From positions 372,001 through 436,000 of the forward strand of contig BCGN01000001.1 of the NCBI GenBank assembly GCA_001599295.1: a DNA stretch of 64,000 nucleotides, written 5' to 3'. The notes under the pieces were generated by a model that saw nothing but the letters and a program-made list of their open reading frames with translations, was not told the DNA's origin and ran no database searches. Below are positions 23,445 through 36,615 of this stretch, in pieces. The translations under genes and the position numbers were made by a program. The DNA comes from Sporopachydermia quercuum (Eukaryota). How positions within the stretch are numbered: position 1 is the stretch's first letter; each line of letters starts with the position of its first letter.

Positions 23445-24626
23445 TCATGCCCCAAAGTATACTTCCTTAGCATCTTTAGACGTTGACATTCCAGGACAAT
23501 AAGGACACTTGAATTTCATAATAGAGCTTCCTTTTGATATCTCTTTTAAGGCATTCTTGCTAATAATATGGCCACATGGTAACTTCATGGGTGGGTTTTC
23601 TTCTGAGGTTTGTTCTTTGGTAATAGGACAGATGAAAATTGGATGGAAAATCAGTGAGGATGGAAGATCAACTTCAACTGGTAATTCATTTTCTGTGGTC
23701 CATTCAACACGTCGTGATTTCATCATGGAATAAAATTTAGTCAAATCAGGCAATGATAAGCCTCCAGCAAGGAACGCTAAATATAAAGGTGAATCTGCGG
23801 AGAGACCTAACAAGCCGCAGTACTCCTGAGATATTCTTGTAGCTANATCTTTATAAGATTCTTCTGAATGAACAAAAGCTCCTTTGTAAGGTGAAAACTC
23901 TTCCAATGACACTTTGGCCGANCCTCCAGCTTTATATACCGTAGCTGTTATAAGTTTTGATATGTCGTCTAAATGTGTAGTTCCATATTCAGGGAAATTA
24001 TCTCTGGCATAACTATAAGCCTCCAGTGGACTGTCTGTGTTATTATATATTTGGATGAATTTCAGCTTGTGTAGGACAAATTCAAGATCACTTCCTGTGC
24101 TATTCAGGACTTCTCGTTTGGATACAGCCCATGCAATAGCCTCATCAAGATTGTTGTCGGAGGTAATTTTCTNTACTATTCGATTGAGTGTAGAAAACTC
24201 TTGAATCAAATCTTCGTTTATTTGTATATTTGATTCTTCCATCAGAGCTTTTGCTGCATCAAAAATACCTTCTCTTATCAAATGCACTATAATTGCTCTG
24301 TTCACATACGGAGCGCTAGCTGGTGGGAAAACACTAGCATTGTACGATGCCATGATATCACTTGAATACACATTTTCCATGCACTTGTGGTATTTTGATA
24401 ATCCTGTATGTGTTGCTTTACATGAGGCATTTACTTTGTTGGTGTTCTCAGTAAGATTTATCTTCATAGCTTTAACATGGGATACGCAATTTGCTGGGTC
24501 ATTTTCTACCTTCTCACGAGCTTCTTTTAGATCTGCAATTAATCTATCAAGATTTTCCACTGTTGCATCAATGGCTCCTATTTCAAGCCTTTTAGACTCG
24601 TTGGATAAAAGTTTGATTGCCTCCAT
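23445..24626 (-). CDS. RMD5: GID/CTLH E3 ligase RING subunit Rmd5/Gid2
   Basis: LisH/CTLH region (IIVHLIREGIFD, DLEFVLHKLKF), then ELPVEVDLP, FHPIFICPITKEQ, PPMKLPCGH and FKCPYCP. Confidence 0.92.
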   Translation of the reverse strand: MEAIKLLSNESKRLEIGAIDATVENLDRLIADLKEAREKVENDPANCVSHVKAMKINLTENTNKVNASCKATHTGLSKYHKCMENVYSSDIMASYNASVFPPASAPYVNRAIIVHLIREGIFDAAKALMEESNIQINEDLIQEFSTLNRIVXKITSDNNLDEAIAWAVSKREVLNSTGSDLEFVLHKLKFIQIYNNTDSPLEAYSYARDNFPEYGTTHLDDISKLITATVYKAGXSAKVSLEEFSPYKGAFVHSEESYKDXATRISQEYCGLLGLSADSPLYLAFLAGGLSLPDLTKFYSMMKSRRVEWTTENELPVEVDLPSSLIFHPIFICPITKEQTSEENPPMKLPCGHIISKNALKEISKGSSIMKFKCPYCPGMSTSKDAKEVYFGA

Positions 24627-25748
24627 AGTCTCCTCAAACCTTTACTGGTTTCTCAAGTGTTTAGTGGCATGTACTATCTATCACCAGGATAGATAGGGAG
24701 ATGAGCTTATCAGATAGCTAACCCAGACCAAAGTGGAAAAAGTATAATTAATTGATATTTAGATTAACGTCAAGTTTCAGTAAATAAGACTACAATTGCA
24801 CATTTGAAGTTTATTGGTTTCCATTAATCATACAAATAGCTGCTAGCTGCGGAATAATGGCTTTTAATAATGACTGGAACGATGTCTTGTAATGTCTTGT
24901 TGGTTGTGATTGAAGGGAGAAAAATGTATGTCATGGTGTGATTGGAAGGGGTTTTGCTGACAAGTAACATGATGAGATGTGAAGTGAAGAAAAATGAAGA
25001 TGAAGTAAAAGCTGTTAGAACGAGACTTTTTACGATAGACTGAGAAGCACTGCTAGTACTACTTAATTTGACCTATAGTGTATTCTCATCCTACAATTGC
25101 AGATTCTTTTTTGTACACTGAATAACATGAACAAACACGAATCAATAAGTCACAATCATGACAATTTCTTTAATCAACATCTCTCATATGACATCTTCAG
25201 TATATCCCCCCTTGTTCTTACATTTTTCTATTACGTAATCTCTTTCATAATTAGACAGTTTTGTTATTGGTTCCCATTTCAGGTCAGCTACAAACATGAC
25301 ACTAACAAATAAAGGCAAATAATCGCAAAATTGCAAGTTTATCTTTATTAACACTCTAACCAATTGATGATTTTTGAACTTACTGGAAGATTAGACGATA
25401 ATGAATAGTATGAAATAGTTGAAAACAATTGAATGGTGTTACTTGATTCTGCACTGGTTGTATCAACTAACTTTTAAGCAAGATCATCGTACCATACCGT
25501 CCAGACATTAACACATCACTTGGTTTATCGATCATCAACCAAGTATCACTATAATTGGAAGAACGCACCTTCACGTTGTAATTAAGCTACTAAGACAATA
25601 TTTTTCCTATCATTACTGAAGTTATTGGTAGTTAAGTAATCTGGCATGTTTTGAATTGAATAGCAAGCTAAATCTTGTCATCTTTCACATTTTATCATTT
25701 CCAGACGTATATCATAAGTAATCACTTACTATTACCTATTTACCAAAC

Positions 25749-28478
25749 ATGACTCAAATTTACAACTCCAAGAAGTCAGAGGGTAAGACCAAAGATGAGA
25801 ATAGCGAGTCTCAGGAAGAATCTGCTTCACATGACGGAAACTCCTGCGATTTCAAAGACCAGGAAAGTAGTATAGTCGGTGGATCACAATCCTCTGGTTC
25901 TATCATATACATCCCTGATTATGGATTTGAAGGCACGAGTGCTACAGGATCTTCAAATCCTTTTGACGAAGCCCGGGAAACACCAAGTTTTCATCGAAGA
26001 ACTGTCAGTAGATCTTCTGATGGTTTTATGGGAGCTCAGCTACAACAAGACCAGTATAATAACTATAGAAGTATATTAAGCTCATCCATCAATGACACTT
26101 CTAATATACTTGTTGATATTCAAGAACAGAACAAGAAGAGGCCTTTTTTCTACCCCTCTAACTCAACTAAAGAGGATGATAAATTGAACTCCGCTAACTC
26201 TCAGATTGCCATAAAACGAACGAATTCTGCCAGACTAGAGAACGACGGGAATGGCAAGGGTAGTTCAAATGTCATTGACAGAAGGTTATCACCCTCACCT
26301 TCTACCTCACCAAGAATAATAAGCTCATCTCAAGAATCAACGTTTAATATCCTTCATTTAAACTTGAAGATGGGATCGGCCCATTCNGGAGGTATGGATA
26401 ATTTGGTGAACGTTCTTGAATCATCTGCTGTGGCCTCCTTACTTGACAGTAAGATCTCACANGCTCTTCGCCATTTACAACAATTGTCGGATAGAATCAA
26501 CAACACCTCTTCAAAAGTTCTTGTTACTGGCGATTTGAACTCTGGCAAGTCAACATTCTGCAATGCCTTGTTACGTCGGAAGCTATTGCCAGAAGATCAA
26601 CAGCCTTGTACCAATGTTTTTTGTGAAGTAATTGACTGTGTGAATAATGAAGGGGTTGAGGAAGTTCATGCTGTTGATATTGGTGCTGATTATAACAGAT
26701 TAGATCAAACAACATACCATAGATTCCGTCTTAAGGATTTAGAAGATTTAGTTTTTGAATCTGATAAATACTCGATTTTGAAAGTTTATGTCCATGACAT
26801 CAGAGATTCCAGTCGTTCTTTACTCAATAATGGTGTTATTGACATCACGCTTATAGATGCACCAGGACTTAACATGGATAGTTATCAAACTACGCAAGTG
26901 TTCTCAAGACAAGAGGAAATTGATCTGGTTGTATTTGTTGTGTCTGCGGAGAACCAGTTCACTTTATCTTCCAAGGAATTTATTGCTGCTGCTGCTAATG
27001 AGAAGGATGTCATTTTCATTGTGGTAAACAGGTTCGATAATATCAAAGATAAAGGGAAATGTATGAAGAGAGTATTAGATCAAGTTCAAAAACTGTCACC
27101 CGACACGCATAAAGATGCTCGTGATTTTGTTCATTTTGTCTCTTCAAGTAATGTTCTAGAAAACGGTGGTGATAGTGATGATCCTGATAGCCCTGATGAT
27201 GATGGGGGACCATCAGGCTCTAATGACCCAGATTTTGATAGACTGGAAGAGTCCTTGAGAAAATTTGTGCTAGAGAAAAGAGCGTTATCGAAGCTTTCTC
27301 CAGTGAAAACATATTTGACAAATATATTAAAGGATTTGGAATTATTAGCTAAGGTAAATCTTGACGCCTGTCAGAATGAGACTGTACAAACAGGCGATGA
27401 AATCAAAAAATTGGATCCTATTTATAACGAGGCTAAGAAGAAATCGAGTATTGCAAGTAAAGATCTTTCTGATGATATTTCTTATGCGGGTGCTGAAATA
27501 TATGATTTTGCTAGAGATAAGATCAATCAAGTAGTTGCCAATATTGGTGAGAATCCAATTGTTCCTTTTGATAGCATATTTACAGTTTTGGATTATGCTG
27601 AAATGACCTACGACGAAATGGTTTCCTCTGTTGTGAAGTCTGTAAAGGATGCTGAATCATTTGCCGAAAAGAAAACTGCTTCAACAATTACTCAGTTAAA
27701 TCAAATAGCCAAAAGTTTCAATGACGGCAATGATGTAATATCAAAGGAATTGAACTCGGGTTTGATGTTCTCAAGAAGAAAGGATACTACTGCAAGGCAA
27801 TTAGATATTTCTTTGAGATTTGATGATTTCTTTGATCCAAGTATTGAAGGCTTACTAAGCTTTCCTTATACATTTGTTTATGATTTCACCAGCTGGGCTA
27901 AATCTACGAGCCCTGCATTACCAATGACAACCCGAGATTTAATCCCTAGTAGCTCATATAATAGCTATTTTCCCAAAAGCTTGGTAAAGTCATCTACATT
28001 GACTGTGGTATCTCTTGTTGGAAGTCGATGGTTTGCCAGGGAAGTATTAGTTCGTCATGGATTACACCTGACTTCTTGGGTGTCTCCCGGAACCATCAAG
28101 AAAGTAGCACTGCCTCTTGTTCTTTTGGCATCAACGGCCACATTGGCATATCTGGTAATAGATATACCCAAAGCAATTCCTAGGAACATTGCTAGGAAAA
28201 TACGAAAACAACTCAATTCAATTGACTATGTTCATGCAAACTCACAAAGAATAGCTCAACAATGTGATAAAGTTATGAATTATGTTGCTGGTGAGATAAG
28301 AGTTGTTCTTGATAAGGAGGTTGAGAAGATGGCTGTTAAGAAGGATCAGTTGATCAAGAAGTATAACAATGCTGAATTTGGTGTTAGATATTTCAGAAAG
28401 TTGTTCCGTGAATGCGAGACCGTGAGATCAAAGGTTAGTGATGTTGATCTTGCTACTTTTGTTAATACTGTTGATTAG
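25749..28478 (+). CDS. FZO1: Mitofusin GTPase
   Basis: KVLVTGDLNSGKSTFCNALLRRKLLPEDQQPCT, LIDAPGLN, RQEEIDLVVFVV, FIVVNRFDNI, FVLEKR and a C-terminal TM region. Confidence 0.95.
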   Translation: MTQIYNSKKSEGKTKDENSESQEESASHDGNSCDFKDQESSIVGGSQSSGSIIYIPDYGFEGTSATGSSNPFDEARETPSFHRRTVSRSSDGFMGAQLQQDQYNNYRSILSSSINDTSNILVDIQEQNKKRPFFYPSNSTKEDDKLNSANSQIAIKRTNSARLENDGNGKGSSNVIDRRLSPSPSTSPRIISSSQESTFNILHLNLKMGSAHXGGMDNLVNVLESSAVASLLDSKISXALRHLQQLSDRINNTSSKVLVTGDLNSGKSTFCNALLRRKLLPEDQQPCTNVFCEVIDCVNNEGVEEVHAVDIGADYNRLDQTTYHRFRLKDLEDLVFESDKYSILKVYVHDIRDSSRSLLNNGVIDITLIDAPGLNMDSYQTTQVFSRQEEIDLVVFVVSAENQFTLSSKEFIAAAANEKDVIFIVVNRFDNIKDKGKCMKRVLDQVQKLSPDTHKDARDFVHFVSSSNVLENGGDSDDPDSPDDDGGPSGSNDPDFDRLEESLRKFVLEKRALSKLSPVKTYLTNILKDLELLAKVNLDACQNETVQTGDEIKKLDPIYNEAKKKSSIASKDLSDDISYAGAEIYDFARDKINQVVANIGENPIVPFDSIFTVLDYAEMTYDEMVSSVVKSVKDAESFAEKKTASTITQLNQIAKSFNDGNDVISKELNSGLMFSRRKDTTARQLDISLRFDDFFDPSIEGLLSFPYTFVYDFTSWAKSTSPALPMTTRDLIPSSSYNSYFPKSLVKSSTLTVVSLVGSRWFAREVLVRHGLHLTSWVSPGTIKKVALPLVLLASTATLAYLVIDIPKAIPRNIARKIRKQLNSIDYVHANSQRIAQQCDKVMNYVAGEIRVVLDKEVEKMAVKKDQLIKKYNNAEFGVRYFRKLFRECETVRSKVSDVDLATFVNTVD

Positions 28479-29307
28479 AGGATATGGATATGCATTTCTA
28501 TGTCTTATGGTTTAATTCTATGTATATATATTTATTTTTGTTGAATGAGTCACCTGTATATATTTTACGTTGTATTTAGTTGCTTCTTTTGATCGGTATT
28601 CAACGTAATTGAAAATATTTTGGACCCTATTTAAATTTATTGATAATTGAGAGTGTAGCCGGCATACTGCTGTTATTAATCGCTATTTGAAGGATATATA
28701 TCAATCTCATCATTTCTACAACAATAACTTGTACGTAATGAAAAGCGTCAATCAATTAATTTTTCATTGTTTCTACATTTTTCTTTCATTTTTTCTCATA
28801 ATCAGCTCAGTCGTCTTGGTTATGTAATCATAAATTATGTTTTATCTGGCAAGTAGATGTATCTTTCTGCAAACTGTCAATCTCATGCATTGTGTCCTCA
28901 CTAACGAAAGTTGTGATTTAATTAAGCACACACTTCATTATACATCTATAGTCGAATGAGCTTTTTCGACAAGATTCATTAATAAAATTATCAATGTTGT
29001 CAAAAGCATCGAGCAAATTACATCCACTGATTGAGGTCATAACATGAGAGCGCATTTGGTAAATTGAAGTTACTGTGGAGAAAAAACTGGTTATAAGGTA
29101 ACAGAATTCTGGTATTGATTGCATATGCAGACTAGTCATTTTATTTTCATTTTTCTTAAATTTTTATTAAATTTTTTTTTTTCTTCGAATTTCATTGCAT
29201 TTGAAGCGGCTACAACAGTAAAATTGTTCGCATATTATTCTTATTCAGTTCATGGGTCTTACATACGATTGGTGCAATAGCTTTTGAAAGGTAGACTACG
29301 TTGCACG

Positions 29308-30025
29308 ATGTTGAGATTGATAAGAACTATGAACGCCTGCCATGGTCGTGAGCTAGTATCTGGTCCTCTGCGAACCTTTTCTTGCACTTCATGGAAAGCC
29401 AGGAAAGGAAAAAAGAGCAAGAAGAAGGATAATACCAATCATACGAATAAAAAAACTGAACAGGCCGATCCATCGAAATTCCCTGAACCAAATTTGTCAT
29501 TTGCTAGTATTAAGAAAGATTTCGACAGATCCGATCCACTGTCAAGCGAAAAGGTATGTGGTAATGTCATTGAGAGTTTAATACCGAATGGTTCACTAAC
29601 ATGGATACTAAATACTGACCAATCATGTAGAAAACAATAAAACAGGCAGCACCAACTCTGAAAGATTTTAGATATCCCATCTCTGCATTTGTTATACTTG
29701 CATCATTTGTGTATGCACTTCACCACTGGGGCTGGTGGGTTTTAGAAAAGGAAGCAGTCGAAGCTGATTTGACAAGTATGTATTTTGTTATGGGAGTGAA
29801 GTTACTTGACTACGTTTGTTGTTGATGTTGTCGCTTAACCTTGATTCAATTCTAACTATTGTTGGTAATTTAGAGAAAATGGAGCAATTAGAAATGGAAC
29901 TAAATCAGTTAAATGAAAAGGTAAAAGAGGCTAAGAATAGCTTGGTTTTGAAATTGGACGAGGAAAATAGTCAATCTGGCAATTCATGGTTGAATTCAGC
30001 TAAAGGGTGGTTTTGGAAGAAGTAG
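29308..30025 (+). CDS. INA17: Mitochondrial inner-membrane assembly complex subunit Ina17 (Aim43)-like; exons 29308-29553, 29631-29775, 29874-30025 (180 aa)
   Basis: Basic presequence. Exon 2 (absent from the ORF track) gives LKDFRYPISAFVILASFVYALHHWGWWVLEKE, then a coiled coil and a terminal W..WFW, the same layout as Ina17. Both donors are GTATGT; 543 nt in frame. Confidence 0.72.
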
Positions 30026-31555
30026 TTAGTCATCAGATACCATATATTATACACTAGCAAGATCTACATATCGCCAAATTACATTTATGGTTTTATGAAC
30101 CTTCGAATAATATAAATACCGATATCCAGATGCATATACGGTTAGGAACGACTTATCATATGACCCTTCTGCATAGTATTATCGATTAACTTACGATGCT
30201 CAGACAATCATGCAAAATGTTGTACGATCATGTATTTATATGCATATATATTCATATGAATTAATGTGAAGTAGACAGATAGCTTCATAGTTTATCTGCT
30301 TGTGTTCTTTTTCTCATGTATAATTATATGTAGCGTAAAACTACTATACTTTACGCTCTTCAGTTCTGATGTAGAGATTGAATAATTCTTGAAAACTAAT
30401 TTGATTTCATGCTATTTACATTTTTGTATAATTTATTGTTGATAGCTTTTAATGTCGAGTTACCTAGCAATAACACCTGTTCCAAAACTGTTCCTATTGG
30501 TAGGAATGGTACCGAGGAATTGATCATCAGGTATGGAAACATCACCATAGGAGTTTTACTGACAGATTAACCTAGTCTGTCGTTCTACTAATGGTATGAG
30601 AAATGAAAGTTCAGGGAATTATAGAGATGAGCTTCCGGCAATCTCAGAAAAACTCGCTTTCATATCGTTTCAGAGCCAGATTTCTTATACTATCATTCAA
30701 TCAATCACTTCTAAATAGCAATCACTNGAAATACACATATATATATGTATATACAGATTAATACAGCATTTATTAATACCAGCATACTCACTCATGCATA
30801 AAACCACATATATCCACCTTCCCAATAAAATCATGCATAGAAATCGGTAGGTATCAACAGGATAATCTTGCATGCAAAAACCTTTATTATGCATATTGCT
30901 ACATATTTCTCTATCTCCGTATTCCCAAGCATTGCTAAACGTCGTAAAATCTCACTATTCTATACATATATGCTGGAGCTATTGTCCGCAGCAAGTGACT
31001 ATTTTTAACATAGAATCAAAGTCAGTGCATAGTATCTCACCAGCTATCCTATCAATGAAAACCTAGGGACTAATTGTTCAACTTACACCTATCGCACAAT
31101 ACAATAGGTGAACATTTCTTGCGACGTCTGCTCTTATCTGTTGAATCGTAACTGTAATCAGCTCAATACTGATTTAGGATCAACGGAATCATATTTTCAT
31201 AAAATTACTGTCCGTTGAACAGCCTTTTTAGACAGTTGGGGCCGTTTCAACTAGAGTGTTATACATCTAACTGCTTTGAATTTGCGTGAACTTTGTTCAG
31301 TTGCTCATCAAATTGCAAGTGGCAAGTGCTCAATCAGTGAAGTAAGCATATTATTAAATACTGAATTTTTGGGTCACTTCTGTGTAATAACACATACATA
31401 CTAAGTGAATGTTTAGATTTCGGTGTGATTAAGCAAATGACCTGCGCAATACTCAACAAATTAGAACTATAGAACAACAAACGGCAGGAGATAAGATACT
31501 ACCAACATATAAATCTGAGAAAATAGCATTCACCTCTTGATACTAGTTCATACTC

Positions 31556-33232
31556 ATGATGGACTCTGATGATGAGATAAACGATGCTGACCAAACGGAT
31601 GAAGATCACGATGATTTGATTCTTAATTCAACAGATAAAGAGGAACAAGACCTGAACGGGGAAGATGAATCATCAGAGAACGATTTCGATTATGAATACG
31701 ATTATGACGAAGATAACTATGGAGGTGATGATGACATGTATATAAATAATGGGGCAGCTGATAGTGAGGCAATGGCTGATGTTTCGTCCAAGTGGTTGTT
31801 TTATGGTCAAATATGTCCTAGCGATAGAAATATCAATCATTTAAACAGATATCTTAATTATAAACCGATTAAAATGGAAGATCTACATGCTAGCATCGAT
31901 AAGAAATGCAGTGATGCACGATCAATCTTCAATATACCTGAGTCGGTGATGAAATTTCTTTTATTAATCTTTCATTTCAAATCTGAACGTCTAATAGAAA
32001 AATATATGGAAAACTCTTCAGATTTACTGCTCAATAGTGGTATAATAGCAACTCCTGATGAAGATCTTGAAAAACGATTGAGTTTGGATATGATCCATAC
32101 TAAAGCACCAATTCCGTGTGATATATGTTGTGAAGATTCCAACCGATTTTTTTCTTTACAATGCAATCATCAGTACTGTTTGGACTGTTACTCGACGTAT
32201 ATAAAAGGTCGTATAAAAGATCATATGCTTGATATCAAATGTCCCATGGACAAATGTCGCTTGAAACTAACTTTTGATCTTATTCAGAAACTGGTAGATA
32301 AAGAAGTTTGTGNTTTATATACTTCTTACTACTACAGAGCATACGTTCAATCTCAGTCGAGAATCAGATGGTGTCCACATCCCAATTGTGATAATGCAGT
32401 TGAATGTACTATACTTGAATCTGATCTTAAGAACACTGTTCCAACTGTTGAATGTCCATCCCAGCATGTGTTTTGCTTTGGTTGTGCTAATGATGATCAT
32501 CAGCCATGCACTTGTGAAATAAGAGAAAAATGGTTGAAAAAATGCTCTGATGATTCGGAAACCGCTCATTGGATTACTGCTAATACTAGAGAGTGTCCTA
32601 AATGTGGTTCCTCCACTGAAAAAAGTGGTGGTTGTAATCATATGACTTGTAGAAACTGCAGGTATGAATATTGCTGGGTTTGTATGGGAAGTTGGGCTGC
32701 TCATGGCCAACAGTATTATAAATGCAACAGATATAATGAGAAAGAGTTGAAGAAATCGATGAGTGAAGTGGCAAAATCAAGACAGTATCTTGATAGGTAT
32801 ATGTTCTATTATACAAGATATAATAATCATGAGGTATCGGCTAAACAAGATGAGACTTTGTACAAAGAAATTGAAATTAAAATGAAGAAACTGCAAGCCA
32901 AATTTGGTATGTCGTGGATCGAAGTGCAATTTTTATCAACAGCGTCTAAAGTTCTCCAGCAGTGTCGTCATACGTTAATGTGGAGCTACGCGTTTGCTTT
33001 TTATTTGGCATCATCAAATCAACAGAAGATATTTGAGGATATTCAAGCCGGGTTTGAAATGGCTGTCGAGGGTCTTTCCAAGTTGTTTCTGGCGGACGTT
33101 TCTCAGCTTTCACAACATAAAGTGGCATTATTAGATAAATCAACGTATTGTAATAAACAAAGAATGGCACTGTTGAAATTTGCTTTGGAAGAGTTGAGAA
33201 ATGGCACTTGGGAATTCCAAGCTTATGGATGA
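31556..33232 (+). CDS. HEL1: Ariadne-family RBR E3 ubiquitin ligase (Hel1/ARI1-like)
   Basis: Acidic N-terminus, RING1 (CDICC...CNHQYCLDC), IBR (WCPHPNC...HVFCFGC), RING2 (CPKC...GGCNHMTC) and the Ariadne domain (SWIEVQFL, CRHTLMWSYAFAFYL). Confidence 0.85.
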   Translation: MMDSDDEINDADQTDEDHDDLILNSTDKEEQDLNGEDESSENDFDYEYDYDEDNYGGDDDMYINNGAADSEAMADVSSKWLFYGQICPSDRNINHLNRYLNYKPIKMEDLHASIDKKCSDARSIFNIPESVMKFLLLIFHFKSERLIEKYMENSSDLLLNSGIIATPDEDLEKRLSLDMIHTKAPIPCDICCEDSNRFFSLQCNHQYCLDCYSTYIKGRIKDHMLDIKCPMDKCRLKLTFDLIQKLVDKEVCXLYTSYYYRAYVQSQSRIRWCPHPNCDNAVECTILESDLKNTVPTVECPSQHVFCFGCANDDHQPCTCEIREKWLKKCSDDSETAHWITANTRECPKCGSSTEKSGGCNHMTCRNCRYEYCWVCMGSWAAHGQQYYKCNRYNEKELKKSMSEVAKSRQYLDRYMFYYTRYNNHEVSAKQDETLYKEIEIKMKKLQAKFGMSWIEVQFLSTASKVLQQCRHTLMWSYAFAFYLASSNQQKIFEDIQAGFEMAVEGLSKLFLADVSQLSQHKVALLDKSTYCNKQRMALLKFALEELRNGTWEFQAYG

Positions 33233-34506
33233 TTTCAGGAGTTTGATTTAAGGAAATGATGAAAAAGTAATAGCATTGAGAAATTCGAGAATGCCGCAAT
33301 GGTTAAAGAAAAGGGAAGGTTTCTGGTGAAAGAACACCCAGAATTGACTGCTTGCTGATCTCATTTGAGTTTGCATAAGGATAAGAAATAGTGCGAAAAT
33401 TTGCTAGAGTCGCCGTAATGGGTTGTATTACCATAATGTAGTTGACCTGTTGAAAACATGGAATATTTAGCTTGAAAGCCTAAGTGTTTTCTTTCTCCNG
33501 CGATTAAGAATCGATATGTAGGTTTCTTTTTTTTTATATTTTGCTTGGATTTATTGGCTCATTGTTCGCAGTTGATTCATGTTGTATTAGTTGATCGGTT
33601 TCTAATGACTTATCATATACCAAGATAGTTAGAGTTCCCTCTGTATAGTTGTATTATGTTATATTAGCTCTGGGCAATTAGTGATAAGGACATCTTTCCT
33701 GAACATTAAACAATCCTTATAATTCATACTTCGATTTATGGATTATACATTTGACCATCTGTATGAAAATATGCGATATGAAAATACATGACAGCTGATA
33801 TAGTAAATTAGAGAACTACTACTGTAATAATTACAATAATTTATGTTAGCTTAAGAATTCGGGAAAAAAATTGGATTTAATAAAGTTACATCGAATTTTA
33901 CATAATTACAATACACAAAATGAATTAAGTTCATTAATTGCATTGGTTGCAATAGCTGAATCAATCATATCAAGAAAGGGTATGATCGGAGTTAGTTATC
34001 GTATCGACAAGTAAACAAAAAAATTCTGGCAATCCCTTTAACATCTATACTGTGAGCTACTTCAATATAGATCCAATAAAGAAAATAAAAATACGAATAA
34101 GTGCACAGAGCAATTGGTTCAAATAATCAATTAATGAAGTAATGAGGTAAGAAGAGTGTCTCAATGGATAAATCTTGTATTCGGGCAAGCCAGCAAGATA
34201 ACTACACATAGTTACCTATTGCTAGCATTGTTGGCACTGGCTATTTCTGTCATCAGATACATTATCCTGAAAAATACATGCAATTGTGTATCCGTAAAAC
34301 AAATACATACACCTTCAATCCATTAGCAGATCCAATTCTGTTCTTATATTTTACTATTTAGACTACAAGTTAATATACTATCATCATCAACATATTAACT
34401 ACTTCAACAACAACAAGATCATCATCACCTTCTTCTTCTTCTTCAACTAGTTTGAACCATTCTAAGAAATTCTAACTTCATCCCATAAAACGCTACATTA
34501 CATAAT

Positions 34507-36615
34507 CTAACAAAATCTCATATCAATCAACTTCCCAGCTCCTACTTCTTGATACTCTTTCTTAGAAACCCATAACTGATGAAATGTTCCTAAACTTGCT
34601 AGTATACTTCCGCCGATCCAAGCACTATATTTCCTTTCAATAGTATTTCCTGGGGCATATATGCGCACTTTCAAGCCTGGTAAAGCAGAAGTCAGATCAT
34701 TATTCAGTCGATCGACTAAATGAGGAATCAATGAAGTACCACCGGTAACAACTATGTTATTGGCTAATTGAGCTCTTATATCAACGTCTACACTAGCAAG
34801 TGTTGATATAACTTGAGTGGACAAGCCTAAAGGACCTTCAGGAGTAGGAGGGAATACAACTTGATGAATAGGTAATGTTTGAGGTTGAGGAGTAGCAGCA
34901 GCGGTTGTAGTTGTCGATGTTTGATCATTATTCGCACTGGTGGTTGAAGAAACTTCACTCTTTTTATCACCATCAGTAGTACCGGAATCATTATTAGCAT
35001 CAGTTGTTTTAGTATTGCTGTTGTTATTACCATCTGCTGCTGGCTCGCTGGTTACAACAGGAGTTGGAGGTTCTGGCGGTTCTAATGAATTATCAGGTCT
35101 GAACAAGTACTCAGCTATTGTATATCTTTCGCCAGCAAATTCTTGATTATAACCTGTAGGAAACTCAAAGGCTCTTCCAACTGGTGAAACAACATTACCA
35201 TCTTTGATAGGCTTATCAGACACTTGTAGAACTTCTTCTTTGAACTGATCAATAATAAGATTCACGTGATAATCGTGGAAAGACGGAGTAAAACCCAAGG
35301 CTGCAAAGTCTTTATTGTCGATTACAGCATCAGAAATCCAAGGAAATCGCTTTTTTATGGAGAAAATAGGGACAGCCTTAGACGAAACAGGAGATTTGGA
35401 GGAAATAAGGTACCTTGGAGTTAGGTTTATATTAAGAGAATTGAACATTGATTTGATATGATCGTCGATATATTTTCCTGCAAATTCATTATGCACAGTA
35501 TCTGAAGATTGTTAGTACGAAGGTAACAGAATGATAATTGAGAAAACTAATGAAATAATAACAAACAAGCAACTGCAGTGATCAATAGCTAGAGTTTCTC
35601 AACAAATGCCCAAAATGCGTACTTTTTAATAGAGGTAAACCATCAATCACAGGTGTAATACAAGTGGTTCCGTATCCTAAATCTACCACTAAAGCACTTG
35701 ACTTCCCAGCAGCAAAAGACGTGCATGCAGCTCCATTGGCGATAAAGAACGCAGGTACTTCAAATGTTTCAAACATTGTTTCCATAGCTTTCTCTTTATT
35801 ACTTCGGGAGTTCCATGGAACATCTGTCATTAAAACAGGTTGCTCTTTTAAGTCTGCCATGAGAATAGAAAATGCTTGATCCCATATTTCAACAGTTGAA
35901 TCCCAGTCAGTTACTAAGTATTATGTTAGTTAGAAAACACCAAAACAGTTGAATGGTAAATCTCTACCTAATTTATTTCTCTTGTTACTAATTAGAGCAT
36001 CATCTCAATCAATTGTACTTACTGCATCCATCAGTCAATGTATTAACCAATTCAACGTCCTTTCTAGGTAATGCAAAGCTCTCCTCTCCAATATACAGCT
36101 CTTTTCTTCTGATTGCTCTTGGTTTATATAATCCGCTTGAGCTATATTGTACTTCTTCTGATACTACATCTTTATATCCTTTGGTATCTGTTTCTGATTG
36201 ATCTGCATCTTTCATTTCGACATCGCCATCTGAGCTTCTACTTTCCTTTTTGCTATCATCATTCACAGATGCTTGTTTGCTTATAAGTTCCAATGGTCCT
36301 AAGTCTTTTGCTTTACCAACAAAAGAAGAGATGATAACTTTAGGGGTATCTTCTCCAGCGTAACCAAAACGTGTTGTGTGATTACCTGGATCAATAACTA
36401 AGGCCGCAACTTCGTCTAAATTAACGAATATGTTAGAATATGCGAGTCGCAAATAGATATTATATAATCTAGTAATATGTGGTATTGTAGGGTAACAACT
36501 ATGAACTGTGGGCTATCAATGTTGATCATTACTGATACATCTATCCTTTATGTACCAATTTATGAAGTTGTAACTTACCACCGCCATAAACAGCGCTATT
36601 GTTTGAGCTGCTCAT
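34507..36615 (-). CDS. ARP4: Nuclear actin-related protein Arp4; exons 36615-36579, 36415-36023, 35913-35623, 35501-34507 (571 aa)
   Basis: Spliced N-terminus [23 protein letters not shown]...GYAGEDTPK. Also [13 protein letters not shown] and [23 protein letters not shown]. Three GT-AG introns; 1716 nt in frame. Confidence 0.93.

Noticed and set aside
25234..25314. Possible 5'UTR intron upstream of FZO1 (GTAATC...CACTAAC...AAG)
   Set aside because: Weak donor, rare acceptor, and more than 400 nt from the ATG.
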